Shown here piece after piece: positions 26,401-40,439 of a stretch of 64,000 nt of DNA. The notes beneath the pieces were generated by a model. The model searched no databases. It was not told the DNA's origin and saw only the letters and a list, made by a program, of their open reading frames with translations. Each line of letters begins with the position of its first letter. Within the stretch, counting starts at the first letter, position 1. This DNA is from Chiloscyllium plagiosum. Its lineage: Eukaryota. The stretch is from NCBI RefSeq assembly GCF_004010195.1, contig NC_057719.1, positions 28,126,710 through 28,190,709 on the forward strand, written 5' to 3'. A program made the translations under genes and the position numbers.

Positions 26401-27914
26401 TCAATCACTCAAGAATCCACTCGATCAGACGGGGTGATCTTAACATTTGTCAATTTACTCCTTTAACTTGGGCAGACAGCAACAATATTGAAATGCTTCA
26501 ATACAAATGAACCTTCCACGCACACCATTGAAACAGGAAACATTTCTTTTATTATGCTCCTATTATTTGTCATCAGTTTGACTTTCACCACGAACACAAG
26601 TTTACGAGACTACAAAACAGGAGCGGGTCTGGCAGGCAACAAAATAAATGTCTATAACCTGTTTAATTATTTAGCAAAGCGAGGTTACTGGATTATCAGT
26701 TGTTAGCCTTATGTGAACATGACATTACAGGTGTCAGAATGTGGCTATTCACAAGTCTAGAGATAATTAACAAGTATTAAAACATGGTGTCTGGTGCAAT
26801 AAACATTATGTCTTTTGCACAGATGGATAGGGTACTGGAGCTAATCCATGGATGCTCAAATTATTTATAGAATATAGATTAATCTCCCTGTCACATATAT
26901 TGACAGAAATTAGCTCCAACTGATTAATTGCAGCTCAACATATGCACACTTTGGTATGATCAGAAATTCAATTACCACACAGTAAGTTTTCTCACAATTT
27001 AAAATGGTGAAGATGCATTTCTAACACTAGGTAAATCCACCCAAACATTCAATTCTACAATGTCTGGAACTAAGAAAAATTGGAACGCTTACATGATAGG
27101 TGAAGTGGGATTATGATTCTGAACAGTAAACCCTGATATTATGTTGTGAGAATGCAGGCCAATTTTCACTGATAAAGAGACACATATTGCAACTCCCAGT
27201 TCTTCACTAACACACAAAGGACCACCAGGACACTGAAGGAAGCAGCAAACAGAAAAGATAAATTTGATGCAAGAACAGCAATAACAATGCGTACTGGTGC
27301 AGAATCTAGAGCATTAACTAAAATAAAACTTCTTTTTATGCAGCATCCTGGACTAATCTTTGTTTTGCTGCTTCTGTTTGATATTAACCTAAACATGAAC
27401 AATTTATGTACAGGATTTAATTTTAAAAATACAACAGTTGTCATAGTCATTTCTGTCATATTATAAGAATTATGAAGTAAATATTTTAAAGTGGTTCAGC
27501 TACCTGGTTGATGTGTTGCCAAAGGGCAAATGATGAAATTTTCTTTGATGCTAGGAAATGAAAGTGTGTGTCTGCAAGAAATGGAGGATCAAAACTACAA
27601 CCATATAGATCAATTCATATTACTTTGAGGTGGATGTTAATCTGTAATGTGTTGTTATTGTAAGTTTGACACAAATGTTGTAAAACATACCTCCAAATTT
27701 AAATGGCCAGATAACAAAACCAGCAACTGTCTGACTGAAAGTGTTCATTTTGGTCAAACAATCAGAAACTATTGGGGGTGGGGGTGTTCCAAAAGAAGGA
27801 TGCCTCATGATGCAAGTCTTGGATATGCAAGGCACATTCCTCTCCCTTCATTGTTTTTTCTTTTTACTTTGTCTGTAAATACATGCTTGTTAATTTTTTT
27901 CTCTCTTAGGAAAG

Positions 27915-28545
27915 AGGTGTTTAAAAAGGTGTTTGGGAGCTTGCCTTCGTTGCTCAGTTGTTTGAGTATAGGAGTGGGGACATTATGCTGCTGTTGTACA
28001 AAAGACAACTTGGTGAGGCCTCTTCTGGAACACTGTGTCCAGTTCTGATCACTCAGTCCTAGGAAGGACATTATCAAGCTGAAGAGGGTTCAGAAGAGAT
28101 TTACCAGGATGTTGCCGGTATGGAAGGTTTGAGTTATAAAGAAAGGCTAGATAGGCTGGGACTTTTGTCACCGGAGCACGGAGGTTGAGAGGTGACCAGT
28201 TAGAAGTTTATAAAATAGTCAGAGTTGAAGATAGTTGTCTTTTCTCTAAGATGGGAAATTTCAAGACTAGGGGGCACATTTTTAAGTTGAGAGAGAAAGA
28301 GATTTTAAAAAGACAAAAGGCAATTTTTTTTTACACAAAGTGGTTTACATGTGGAATGAACTTCCTGAGGAAGTGGTCGATGTGGGTACAATTACAACAT
28401 TTAAAAGACATTGGAACACATACATGAATAGGATATGTGGACGGATACGGGCCAGGGGCAGGCTGGTGGGACGAGTTTAGTTTGGGATTATATTCGGTAC
28501 GGACTGGTTGGACTGAAGGATCGGTTTCTGTGCTGTATGACTCTG
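27915..28545 (+). mobile_element. CR1/HER1-type LINE 3' fragment
   Basis: LVRPLLEHCVQF, RVQKRFTRMLPG, RGDQLEVYKI, 3' UTR ending gtatgactct. Confidence 0.9.
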
Positions 28546-28641
28546 GGACTCAGTGAATCTTCGAATGTTGCAAATGCTGGGTCAATTGAATGGGTACATC
28601 TGCATGCTCTAGTTGTAATTAACAACAACTGACACTAATCA

Positions 28642-29260
28642 GGTGGGTTTGTGGGCCACCATGATGCCAAGGGGTCTGAGTAGTCCTACCAACCAACACC
28701 CACCAACACACTGAAACAGCAGCTAATGAACTTGAAAGACCCTATACAGATAATGAGCAAAACTAATGTCATTTACAAAATACCGTGCAAGGACTGTAAC
28801 AAACACTACATTGGACAAACAAGCAGAAAACTAGCCACCAGGATACATGAACACCAAGTAGCCACAAAAACACATGACCCTCTCTCACTAGTATCCTCAC
28901 GTATGGGTGAGGAAGGACGTCACTTCAACTGGGACAACACATCATTCCTAGGACAAGCCAAACAAAGACACGCACGAGAATTTCTAGAAGCATGGCATTC
29001 TATCAACAAACGCATTGAGTTAGACCCCATCTACCACCCCCTAAAAAAGGAACATGAAGTGACTTTGCCACAGGAAATGACATCAAAGAAATCCAAACAT
29101 ATAAATAGAGAGCAGGAATTTTCAGCACTGCTTCGCCTGAGGCCCACTGAAGATGTTACCTAGTAGGGTAATGAAACATGTGGAAATGAACCTTCCAGCT
29201 CAGCGAGCAAACCTACATCCAAAACCTCAACCTGAGCTACAAATCTTCTCAAAACTCACT
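28642..29260 (+). mobile_element. Penelope-like element 3' fragment: GIY-YIG endonuclease, pLTR with hammerhead-like motif, inverted 5' tip
   Basis: ORF 28726..29163 NVIYKIPCKDCNKHYIGQTSRKLATRIHEH...REFLEAWHS. CTGAAGA-tGTTACC-tagta-gGGTAAT-GAAAC at ~29147-29177. Confidence 0.9.
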
Positions 29261-29944
29261 AAGCTAATGAGATATTTTACTTTATTTTTCAAAAGAAAAT
29301 GTCTGGAATATTTTAAAGTAAATCTTTGTTGGCTTTTTCACTCTGCCATCTGATATAAGCCTGAAGGCTTTGCTGCTACATGATTAATTGCTGCTACACC
29401 ATCATCCATTATCACAGGGGGTGCCTTCCATTCCCATTGATAGCTACAAGTGTTTACATGCCTTGTGAACTGGAACTATGAATGAGTTCCAATGCTTGTT
29501 GTTATAAGGGTCTGTGCATTTGAATTGCAAGGTTTTATTCAGTTGAGGGGATGTAAATGTGTTTACAAACGTGAGATTTTTATTTGCAATGTAAATTCTA
29601 CCATAAACAATTTTGTTTTGGAGAGTTTTGCTTTGCCTCAATTCTGCTTGTGTTTTGAAATCTGCCTAGTGTAGATACTGGCAGGTATTTACAGGTAGGG
29701 AAATGGCAAAGGTTGTGAGGGCAATGAGTTGGCAACCAAGCTGGAATTGGGACTTTGAAGGGGGTTTGGGTTGAGCAGCATAAGTTGGCAGGGGTGGGGG
29801 TAATGGAATGAATGGAGCATGCAGATGGGTCTTGTTTCGTTTTTTGTTCTTTAAATTTCAACAGTGTCAGTGCACCAATTCAGGACTTTCTGCACAGCTC
29901 ATCTCAATACCTGACAGCCTCAGCTCTCATTACTGGTCAACTCA

Positions 29945-30237
29945 GAATCCCTACAGCATAGATAGTGGCCATTTGGTCACCTGTAACCCCGTATTTACCA
30001 TGTCTAACCCACTTAGACTGCACATCCTTAGATACTACGGGGTCGGTTAGCATGGCCAATCCACCAAATCTGCACATCTTTGGACTGTGGGAGGAAAGCA
30101 GAGCACCAGAGGAAACCCACGCAGATACGGGGACAATGTGCAAACTCCACACAGACAGATGGTCACCAGAGGCTGGAATCAAACCCAGGTCCCAGGCGCT
30201 GTGAGGCAGCAGTGCTACCACTAAGCCACCATGCCAC
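29945..30237 (-). mobile_element. tRNA-derived V-SINE (HE1-like)
   Basis: Homologous to the other SINE copies (TGTGGAGTTTGCACATT..CCCCGT.TCTGCGTGGGTTTCCTC). Confidence 0.88.
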
Positions 30238-30899
30238 TGTGCATCCTTGCTTATCATGTTTCCCAAGAAGCCTTGCTACACCAGGACAGGATCTGACCTT
30301 TCCTCCTACCCACACCTCCAACAACTTCATGGTCATCATATCATGTGATTAGTGGGGAACAGAAGACAACCTAGATGGACCTTAAGTGTTGCAAAGTAAG
30401 AAGTAGTAACCAATATTCCGAAAACTCAATCACCATGAAGATAATAACAAAAAAACATCTTTTTGATATGGTCAACAATTTTTCTCCATAACCATCTCCC
30501 ATTGTCCAGCTGAATGGGGCTGTCCTCATAAATTCGAATTCTGATCTATTTAATCCTAACCCAAAACGTGTCTCTCAATATCTTCACTCCACCCCGCCAA
30601 CCCCACAGATCAGTGTCTCTGGAGTCCCCAAACATCTGTGCTTGGCAACATCATCCAAACATGTGGATCAGCTGATGATGCCAACACTTAACACTTCATC
30701 ATTTCTCGTGATCCCACCAAAGCCTCTGTACGATTTTGAAAATAAAGAAAAAATGTCCTGCTCTTAAAGTTATGATGACAGGCGCCTTCAACATCAGCAC
30801 TGATCACAGAGCCTGCCACCCCCTTGTCAGGAATTACATCCATCCCCAGCCATTATATCAGGCTGAACCAATTGACCACTACACCTCCCCCCTTCAACC

Positions 30900-31510
30900 C
30901 GCAAACGCATCCCAACCGCATCTCTGCTCAAGTGGTGCTGAGATTCTCATCTACCACTTTGTCACTTCCAACACAAATATTCCCATGCTCCCCTGCCCTC
31001 CCATCTCCCATACTCTGGAAATCTTTGTCTTATTCGAATCACTACAGTCAGATGCCTAGATTGCACTTAATTCCATTCACCTTTTACTCCTTTTATTGGT
31101 AACTTACTTTGGCTCCTGGTACCCAATATCTACAAATTTAAATTATCATTGCAATGCTTTAATATGGCCTCAGACCCCCTCACTTTCTCAGCAAGTGGCC
31201 CCAATAATGAAACCTCTCCAATCCTCCAGTGGGCACATTTGGAGCACCCATTCATTTGCTTGACCACTGGCGAATGAACCTTCAGCCATCTAAGACTCAT
31301 ACTCCTTGTTAAATTCTCATATTCTCCACCTCTCCTTTCTTCTTTAAAACATCCACCAAATACACTATCTTTGAACAAGCTTTTAACCATCTCATCTATT
31401 ATCTACACATTAGTGTCAACATCGGTTTGTTTGATTACTTCACTGTGATTTCTTTGACAGAATTTTCAATATCGTAGGTGCTGTATAAAACTTGTTATAC
31501 TTGTTGTTGT
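30900..31510 (+). mobile_element. Decayed L2-like LINE 3' fragment
   Basis: Remnant AEILIYHFVTS coding motif and an L2-like 3' region similar to 57200-57735. Confidence 0.5.
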
Positions 31511-32479
31511 CACATGAGAATTGTGCTACAGAAATGACAGACGGTGTTGAAATAACTGTCCCCATGAAGGCAATGGATGGGATTGAAATTCCATCTTGAA
31601 GCAAATCACTGGTGTAACAGGCATTCTGCCTTTCAGGACCAGATACCTTTCGCTTTGTCTCATTTTGACTTTACCAATTCAAAACGTACACAATGGCACA
31701 AAACCTTTCCTTCATAATTGCACCATTTCCATATTTAAATGTTTTCTCCATTTTACACTTACAGATTTCTTATTCTAAACCACTTGCCCAGCCTTGCTTT
31801 TACTGATTTTGTATTTTCATTTGTGTTATTGTCATATCTACTACCTTGATCAATATATGCAACTTTACATGCCCACTACCACTATTGTTAATTAAATGCA
31901 ACAATAGATTTGTTGGTCATATATTTAACATATTAATGAAGACATTGAATTGTCCCAGCAAGGTCTGACTTATTTGTAAAAGTAGTATATGCAAGAAACT
32001 TTCTTGGTGAGATCGAGGTTTAGTCAATGATGGTGCATTATTTTCAGCATGATGCTTTCGGCTATTGTATTTGTTAACTATTAAAAAAATCTGTTCTTTC
32101 TTCTTGTATAAGGGAGAAAGTTAGTCATATTGTGCTGCTTCTTTATTGGATGACCAAGCACAATACTGCTCCACTTTCAAAATGTGCTAAATGCAACACT
32201 GCTAATGCAACCTGACCACTGACTCCACCTCAAAATGGGAACAATAACTCTACATCTGTCTCATCTTCCAGCAGCTAAACTGAACAGCGAGTTACCCTGT
32301 TTACACTACATAAGTGCTCAGTTAACTATTAGCTTACCACTTCCAATCATTTTGGACATAGATCAAGTTCAAAATTAAATTCAAACTTCCAGTTAATAGA
32401 AGAATAAAATGTTAAAGTTACATGTCACAAAATATTTATTGGAACAAATGACATAAAACACTATTGACTAAACATTAAT

Positions 32480-33826
32480 TTCTATTTTTCATCAACCTAA
32501 CCAAGGCTTTCGACTCAGTCAATCAGGGACTGCTTTGGAAGATTGTGTCAGATTTCCAAAATAATTCATCAACATCCTCCGTCTTCTCCACAAGATGTTG
32601 GCAGTGCTTCTCACCAATAGTAATATGACAGGATCCTTGGAGGTCAAGATGGGATGTGACATCAGCCCAAACATTTTCTCCATCTTCATCACCACCATTC
32701 TTCATTCCGGCAAGCACAAGTTTCCCAGTTTGTGGACATTATCTACAAAACATTTCAACCTAAACTGGTGGAAATCCATGGGAAAAAACAACACTGATCT
32801 TGTTTATGGACCTTCAGTACGTTGGTGACAATGGCATCTCTGCTCTCTTGGAAGTGAATCTTCAAGTCTCACTTAATGCCTTTGCAGAAGCACACTGAAG
32901 AATTGGTCTCAGCCTCAATCTCAAGAAGATTCAAATCCTTTACCAACTTGTCATAGGTATAGTTCTGGTCCATCCCTCCAATAAGATCAACAGACAAATC
33001 CTCCTAAACGTGAACACTTCCCCTACCTGGAAAGCTACCTGTCATCTAAGGCTGACGTTGATACAGAGGTTCAACATCGCATCCAATCTACAAGCACTTA
33101 AGGATGAGAGTCTTCAATGACTGTGACATCTGTGCTGATACCAAGATCCGTGTGTATAAGGCAGTCATTCTTCTGACTCTTCTATATGGCTCCAAAACAT
33201 AGACTACATATAGATGACTCCTCAAGATCCTTGAAAAGTACCGCCATTACTGATTGAGAAAAATTCTCCATATCACCTGGAAGGATGAGCGTACAGATAT
33301 CAGCATCCTTGAAGCAGTTAACAGCACCAACATCGAGGCCACAATCATCTGAAACCAACTCCGCTAGGCCAGCCACTTGCTTAGGATGCCTGAGCTCCAG
33401 TTACCCATAACAAATCTTTGCCCAGCTAAAAGAAAGGCACTCGAACAAGAGGAGGGCAGAGGAAGTATTTGAAAGATTCTCTGAAGCTTCTCCCAAGAAA
33501 TGCAACAATTGATGTGAATGTTTGGGAAACACCCTTTTTTCAGACGAAACTGGCTTGGAGGAACTTCCAGCTCGAAGGGGCATAACTCTGAGTACACCCG
33601 GCAGCAAGAGGAAGTAAAGAAAAGGAACTGGAGAAAGGAATGCCAATGATCAAGGCCAAGGTCCACTTCCACCTCCCAGAAGCAGTTGCCAACTGTGCAG
33701 CTGGAGATGTAGCTCTAGGATCGGGTTCATCAGCCACACAAGATCCCACAGAACCCAGGACCAGTAATTCGCAATTTCCTAGCTGGACAATCACACTCAT
33801 TAGCGAGTGATTGCTGATGACGATGA
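32480..33826 (+). mobile_element. Decayed RTE-clade LINE (RT and 3' end)
   Basis: FINLTKAFDSV, DLQY..DN, TKIRVYKAVILLTLLYGSKT, KILHITWKD motifs. Ends in a gat/gac trinucleotide tail. Confidence 0.8.
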
Positions 33827-33889
33827 TTCGTAGACAATTTATGCATCAAGCTAGGGAGAGGACGATTCCTCCTTTATTCTCATCAACAA

Positions 33890-34225
33890 TATGATATATT
33901 ATTATTGTCACATGTACTGACATAGTGAAAATTATTGTATTGCATGCCATACAGACAAATCATACCTTATATAAGTACATCAGGGTTACAGAACAGAATG
34001 TAGAATATAGTGTTCCAGCTACAGAGAAGATCAACTTTAATGTATGAGAGATCCATTCATAAGTCTGATAACAGCGGGGAAGAAGCTGTTCTTAATTCTG
34101 TTGGTACGTAGTTTCAAACTTTTGTATCTTCTGCCCAATGGGAGAGGGTGGAAGAGTGTATAACCAGGGTGGGAGGGGTCTTTAATCATGTTGCCTGCTT
34201 TCCTGAGACAGCAGGAAGTAAAGAC
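33890..34225 (-). mobile_element. Rex1/Babar-like LINE 3' fragment
   Basis: ORF 34037..34270 IKDPSHPGYTLFHPLPLGRRYKSLKLRTNRIKNSFFPAVIRLMN. Confidence 0.82.
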
Positions 34226-35075
34226 AATGGCTCTTATAATAAAAAGTCCACTTTTGCTTCCAGCTTCCAATGGGTTCCTACATCCGCCCTTTCATTCACT
34301 ACTAACTCTGAGTGACTATCTGGAAGTGCTTTCCTCGGTTTCAGAGAGTTTCTTAAATCTACCAACACTAATAAGCCTATTTCAATAATTTATCTTCCCC
34401 TGCCGATACAAGAACAAACTAGAAATTTAGAAGATTGCAGAATGTTCCTCCATTAGCCCCCTGCACCTGGCTGCAATAGTTTGTAGGAGTTCAGGATTTT
34501 TTTTCCCCCTCTGGTAACCACAGCAATACTCTGATGTCCATGATATTCATTAACTTGTGAGGAAGGCCTGTAACCTGATCATAGAAATGGCTTCCTCTAT
34601 CCTCTTCCCCACAGCAAAGTGAAAGACAATAACTTTATTTCAAGGTAGAAATCTAGATCATCGATCTTTAATCCCAACACTCTTTCACCTGAGTAGTAAA
34701 TGGATAGTTTACAATATGACTCCTCACAATCCAATATCAACCACACCTTTCTGGGACATTGGGAGATTCACAGTAAACTCAGTGCCTGCTGTAATTGTCT
34801 CAAATACCTTGCACCACCTTCTTAGTACCATAACCTGCACTTTCCTTTGATCTTTAACAATTAAAACTACCCAGTTTTACTGTAAGACAGATTTTAGAAC
34901 AGGTCCAATAATTCCCTTCATTTACCCTAAATTTAAAGTTACAGTGTCAAATATATAATAATCTTACAAACATCAAGTGATGTTGAACAAATGACAAAAC
35001 TGGAGTTTTAGAAATTTGAAAGCATTATTCTAAGAGATTGAAAGTAGGTCAGGGCAAGAATTTTCTCCGAGGGAA

Positions 35076-35151
35076 GCCTGGCCTGCTGTATTTTTCCAGC
35101 ACCACATTTTTCAACTCTGGTACTCCAGCATCTGCAGTCCTCACTTTCTCC
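35076..35151 (+). mobile_element. Family A element 3' fragment (no ribozyme core)
   Basis: cctgctgt..ttttccagcaccaca...ccagcatctgcagtcctcactttctcc. Confidence 0.8.
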
Positions 35152-36675
35152 TATATATTGTACTTCAGTTGTGTGTTCATGTACTCTCTGTCCATAGACT
35201 CAGCATTACACTGACTGTGCCTGATCCAGGCACAGGCTGCTTTTTTAAATTAATTAATGGAATGTCAGTATTGCCGGCAAGGCCAGCATTTACCGCCCAT
35301 TCGTAATTACCCTTTTACCAAGTGATTTGCTCAGGCATTTCAGAGGCAAACACAATATTGTGGGTCTTGAGGCTAGACCAACCAACATTGGCTGATTTTC
35401 TCTCCAAAGGCTGCTACTGACCTCAATGGGGTCTTACAACAACTGAATAGTTGCACAATTGTGAAAGTGACATTTTATCCCAATGTGTATTAATAATTGA
35501 ATTTAAATTTTCTGTGATGAGAATTAAATTCCTGTCCCTGGATGCATTAATCCAGGTCTCTGAATTACTAGTCCAGTGATATTAATATTAAACTGGAATT
35601 GTTTCTCGACTTATCCAACTGCCAAATATGGTAAAACCTAGATCATTTCCATGTCTGAGCTAACGTGCCTCACACAATTAAATAACCCGTCTGATATGGT
35701 GACCCTGACCACACACCTTCACATCCTGCACGCGAATACCAGTACCAAGTTACTCCCACTGGTGATACAATGCAAATGATTCTCGTCACTTACTCATCAA
35801 AATGTCAGTGATGGGAGACAAAAGACAGGTACATTTAGTGGCAACGACCTTTATTCATCAGTAAAGAAAGACACTGGCGTTAAACATGTGCACAGTCTAA
35901 ATTTAATGAGGATAATAACAATAATCATGGTTGATAAACTCAAACAGGAAACGGGGTAATTAGTTTCTATGCATTCATTAGTGGAAATTACTGAAAAATA
36001 TTTTAAAGGTGAACGTAGGAAGTTGACAGGAGGTGGGGAAGGGTAGGTTTGATTTGGAAACTTCCACTAAATGAGTACTCCAAGGCTCCACTGTGCCTCT
36101 TATCCTGTGATCTCAACTGCCCAGAGGTAACAGGCTCTTTCTGGATCAAATATACACAGATGAGATGCTTGTCTCTCTTTGTAACATGGATTTGGTCAGC
36201 TGTATTTTTCATGTGGGTGGTGGAACCCACATGGTGCCCTACTTTACTGAGATAAAAGTCAAATGTTGTTGTTTAAAACTAGACAGTGATCTAATGGTGC
36301 AATGAAGCTCGTTGGGTCAGATTTGCTGGATTCCATTTTGGGGCAGTCTCAGAGTTGTGATGGGGTTCTGTCCCCCAGTCTGTTTACGTTTTAATTTGCA
36401 CGCAAGTCAGAACACAAGGCTGGACAATATAAAATAGCCATGCAGAAGTACAGGAAAGGCTCGAATTGAAACTAAAGCGGATACCTGGTGACTTCCATTT
36501 GCAACAGGCTCTGAGGGATCTGCTTAGGATTAAACAGCATTTCAAAACCTGCCATGCATACCCCTCACCCACAGACACTGCCTTCCAACATTTGCCAACT
36601 CCTTGTGACCATCATTAATACACTTACAGGTGGTTCAGGGGAGAGACCTCCATTGCAAGCTGATGGTTTGAAGCA

Positions 36676-36885
36676 GGAGAAAGTAAGGACTGCAGATGCT
36701 GGAGATCAGAGTTGAGAGTGTGGTGCTAGAAAAACACAACATGTTAGGCAGCATCCGAGGAGCAGGAGAACTGACGTTTCGGTTTCAGGAATGATTCCTG
36801 ATGAAGGGCTTTTGCCCAAAATGTCGATTCTCCTGCTCCTCAGATGCTGCCTGACCTGCTGTGCTTTTCCAGCACCACACTCTTG
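36676..36885. mobile_element. Palindromic family A element, older copy
   Basis: Imperfect inverted arms around ggaatgattcc. Core CTGATGA-GGGC-tttt-GCCC-AAAA (GAAA decayed). Flanks tgatggtttgaagca / tgacggattgaaaca (12 of 15 match). Confidence 0.85.
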
Positions 36886-37833
36886 ACGGATTGAAACATG
36901 TTGGAAACTCAGAGCTGTTCGCGTGCTCCCTTAGCGCTCACTCATTTAGGACTGAGCTGCATCCATGCACTGCTTGGCTGTACCTGTTAGCAGGTAGCTG
37001 CTTTAGCCAGAACTAAAGGCCAACATTAGTTCCATGGGGGCGGGGAGGAGGGGGCTAGTCGTCAGTCAGGTGACCAGGCAGAGCACAGTGCTAGTAGTGT
37101 CCACTGGGAGCTGTGCTCACCATTACCTCTTGTTAAATACAATGTCCACGGTAGGCAGGGTCAGTGTCACTTATATGGACTAAAGCACACAGAATCTATG
37201 TCTGTTGCCTATTAGAACATTGAAGGAGCTGATACATGAAGCATGGGTTTGCAAGCTGCAGCTACGTTTCATTTGCAAATGTCCCTTCACATGTATGTAA
37301 AGCATGCCGAGTGAACATGCTGATATGGGAAATGCTGGTCGGGGTGGATTGCACCAGGCTTTTGGTGCTTGCAAAGCTAACATTGTTCATCTCAGTGATG
37401 TAGAAGTTAGCAGTTAGCAGCAAAAATGGCCCATCACTTGGGGAACTTCCAAGATTGATAAGGCACAAGGGGAACATCACTCCATCCTATTTTGTACAGA
37501 TAGGACGATGGACTCGAATGAATGCAATGCAAAGTGGAATGCTTGTGATGGGTCTGCAATGGGAAGAGGGTCAGAGGCCAGCAGACATTCCCTTTTGGAT
37601 GCAATGTGCTGATCACTCAGCTGGTGCAACCCCTTCACCACATTGGTGCACATGCTGTGACCAGGACCACGGTGGAGCAGAGGATACACCTAGGCAGCTT
37701 GGAGCAGTCTGGTGGGCCCACTAAAATAGTCCGGGCAGAGTGTGCTGCACCATCCTGGTGTACTGTTTTCTGTGTACAAGTGGAGCAGGCAATGAGATGA
37801 TGCAAGAGATGCTGAGGGTTTGAGGGAAGAGAG

Positions 37834-37926
37834 CTGAAAAATGTGTTGCTGGAAAAGCACAGCAGGTCAGGCAGCATCCAAGGAGCAGGAGAATCGACGT
37901 TTCGGGCATAAGCCCTTCTTCGGGAA
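37834..37926 (-). mobile_element. Single-arm family A element with 13-bp TSD
   Basis: TSD tgagggaagagag at 37821-37833 and 37927-37939. Core reads CCGAAGA (U to C)-GGGC-ttat-GCCC-GAAACGTC. Confidence 0.87.
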
Positions 37927-38770
37927 TGAGGGAAGAGAGTCAGTCATTCAAGGAAAGGGATAAAGACATTGAGCTGGAAGAAGCTCTCTTTGTGAATGGC
38001 AGAGCTCTGCTACATTGGGTGCTAGAAGGCAGAAGGACCTGACTGACACCCGCTTCCAGTCAAGGAGAGCTGGGGGCAGCAAACCATCTTGGACCATCAA
38101 GGTCATGGTGTCAGCATTTGGATCCCATTGTAGGAGCAAACTTCAGCCCCTACTCGTTTCCTTTGTGTTTTCTTTGTCTGACTGTCAATAAACACTCATG
38201 TTTGGAAATGTCAGATTGCTTTCCTGTATGTGATATTCCCCAACTGGACAATAACAAGATGCAGCTGACCAGTGGACACTGGGGAAAGAGTAATAATGAC
38301 TCCGGGAGAGAATTTACGTGAGATATATCCAAGGGTAGCAAAGTGGTTAAACATAGGCTGCAGTGAATGTTGTAAATATGAGGGAGTGCCAGCCACACCA
38401 GTTTTGTGCCATGGTCAGTGTCAGTTTGGAACTGCTGTGCCATTATGCTGCTGAATGGCAATGCCTAGATTGTGCACCAAGGCAAGCATTGGCAGTGGTC
38501 TTTCAAAGTTGGAATGACAAAGGTATCAGCATGTATCCGTGGAGTGGTGAGTTGTTTTGGGAAATGCACACGGTAAGATGCTGATAGAATAGCATGAGAC
38601 ATATCCTCACAGTGGAATAAGTAGTTAATGAAGCATGTTTGACAAAGATTGGACTCAGCCTCATAGCACCCAAAAACCTGACAACTCACACTTAGCCAAA
38701 AACCTATAAAAGATTCAGGCCATACAATTAACTCTTATTTATTTCACCAGGATTAAACTTTTCAATTTAA

Positions 38771-39088
38771 GGGCAGCACAGTGGCACTGCTGCCTCACAG
38801 CGCCAGAGACCTGGGTTCAATTCCCGCCTCAGGCAACTGTCTGTGTGGAGTTTGCACGTTCTCCCAGTGTCTGCGTGGGTTTCTTCCGGGTGCTCCAGTT
38901 TCCTCCCACAGTCCAAAGATGTGCAGGTTAGGTGAATTGGCCATGCTAAATTGCCCATAGTGTTAGGTGAAGGGGCAAATGTAGGGGAATGGGTCTGGGT
39001 GGGTGTGGACTTGTTGGGCTCTTCGGAGGGTCGGTGTGGACTTGTTGGGCCAACGGGCCTGTTTCTACACTAAGTAATCCAATCTAAT
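38771..39088 (+). mobile_element. tRNA-derived V-SINE (HE1-like)
   Basis: gggcagcacagtggc..GGTTCAATTCC B box, V-domain, tail with a duplicated ggtgtggacttgttggg, ends taatccaatctaat. Confidence 0.9.
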
Positions 39089-39117
39089 TTTCACTTCACA
39101 TCAATTAACACAGCTGA

Positions 39118-39262
39118 GAATGCTGGAGAAACTCAGTATCCACAAAGAGAGACTTAAACCATTAACTCAATTTCTCTCACCACAGATACTGCCAGACCTG
39201 CTGAGTTTCCTCAGTATTCCCTGTGTTTGTTTCATGTTTCCAGCCTCTGTACTATTTTGCCT
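39118..39262. mobile_element. Decayed palindromic element, family C
   Basis: gaatgctggagaaactcag ... ctgagtttcctcagtattc inverted arms, related to 39690-39785. Confidence 0.55.
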
Positions 39263-39689
39263 TTATTTGAGCAATTTTGGCAGGCATGGCGAGGTTTTAA
39301 TTCGACCACTGTGTAAGAATGTTAAGATGCTTCTCTTTTAATTTTAGAGTTGTATACCTTACAAATATTATTTACAACTCAATGGTTTTGAACACGAACC
39401 ATGGAGAACAATGTAAGTGGTGGCCAGCTCCCATAGAAAGCGTGATAGATATTATCTACAAACACAATGAAGCGTGTTCAGTAACTGGGAGTGCTGGATG
39501 GAAAGGGCTATTAAATTTTAAGATGGGCAAACTGAACTTATACACACAGAGACAAAATAATACAGGCATTGTGTCCCCTTTAATGATCTCGTGGAACAAT
39601 ATAATACAAAATACAAACTTTAAACTGTGGCTTATCCTAGACTGTTTCATTTGAGACTGCAGGGATAGACCTACCGAAACACACACACA

Positions 39690-39786
39690 CAGACAATGCT
39701 GGAGAAACTCAGCAAGTCTGGCAGCATCCATGGAGAGAGAAACAATTGTTAATGTTTTGAGTCCAGTATGACTCTTCTTTGGAACT
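39690..39786 (-). mobile_element. Family C element with decayed hammerhead core
   Basis: Minus strand GTT-CCAAAGA-aGAGTC-atactg-GACTC-AAAA-CA-TT-AAC: stems I and II retained, core mutated. Confidence 0.55.
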
Positions 39787-40206
39787 GATGAAAGTACTGT
39801 TGTCCTCAGCGAACCTGATCTCAGGGAGGAACAAATTCAACCCAGTGTAGGATGTGAAAGCTTGCTCAGCACTGAGGGAGCTCTGTTGATAAGCGCACAT
39901 ACAGAGAGGTCAGGTAAAATAGTGATGCTCCAGTACACAAATGCAGAATTTTCCCTCTGGGGACACAAGAAGAGTCTGGTTCAGTTGTTGAATTCACCCC
40001 CAGCAAGGGTGTGGGTGGAAGGAGAGACAATCAATCATTCACCAGTAATTTGCCACTGGGCAGCCTAGAAACAGATTCACCATCCCGTGAAGGGTGGCAC
40101 ATGCGTTCTTAAAGTTTCAAGACCAATCAAAAACATGGCATTTTGTCACAAGCTGGCAGGTTGCAATGAAAGGCAAAAAATAAAGCGTGCGCCTTGGGAT
40201 GGAGGC

Positions 40207-40439
40207 TGAAATAGCTCAACAGAGGCTGGTATCCCATCATCAAGTCACCCTTTATTTCCACATGGAGAGTCTTTGACACTGATCCAGCTTCCCCAGAGCC
40301 AGCTCTCAGAGTGTGCAGAACCTCTATCTTTCCTATTTATATCTGTCAGCCAGAGCTCCTTGATTGGGCCAGGTTAACAGACCCAATATGGGAACTCATT
40401 CTAGGTGATCCACCTGGCTGACCTTGTTCAGTGGTTACA
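40207..40439 (-). mobile_element. Solo LTR of the Gypsy-like family
   Basis: Homologous over its full length to 6114-6346, with TG...CA termini. Confidence 0.82.

Noticed and set aside
28726..29163. 145-aa GIY-YIG ORF as a domesticated nuclease gene
   Set aside because: It is a 5'-truncated transposon fragment with an apparent small deletion near the C-terminus and no promoter or splice evidence.
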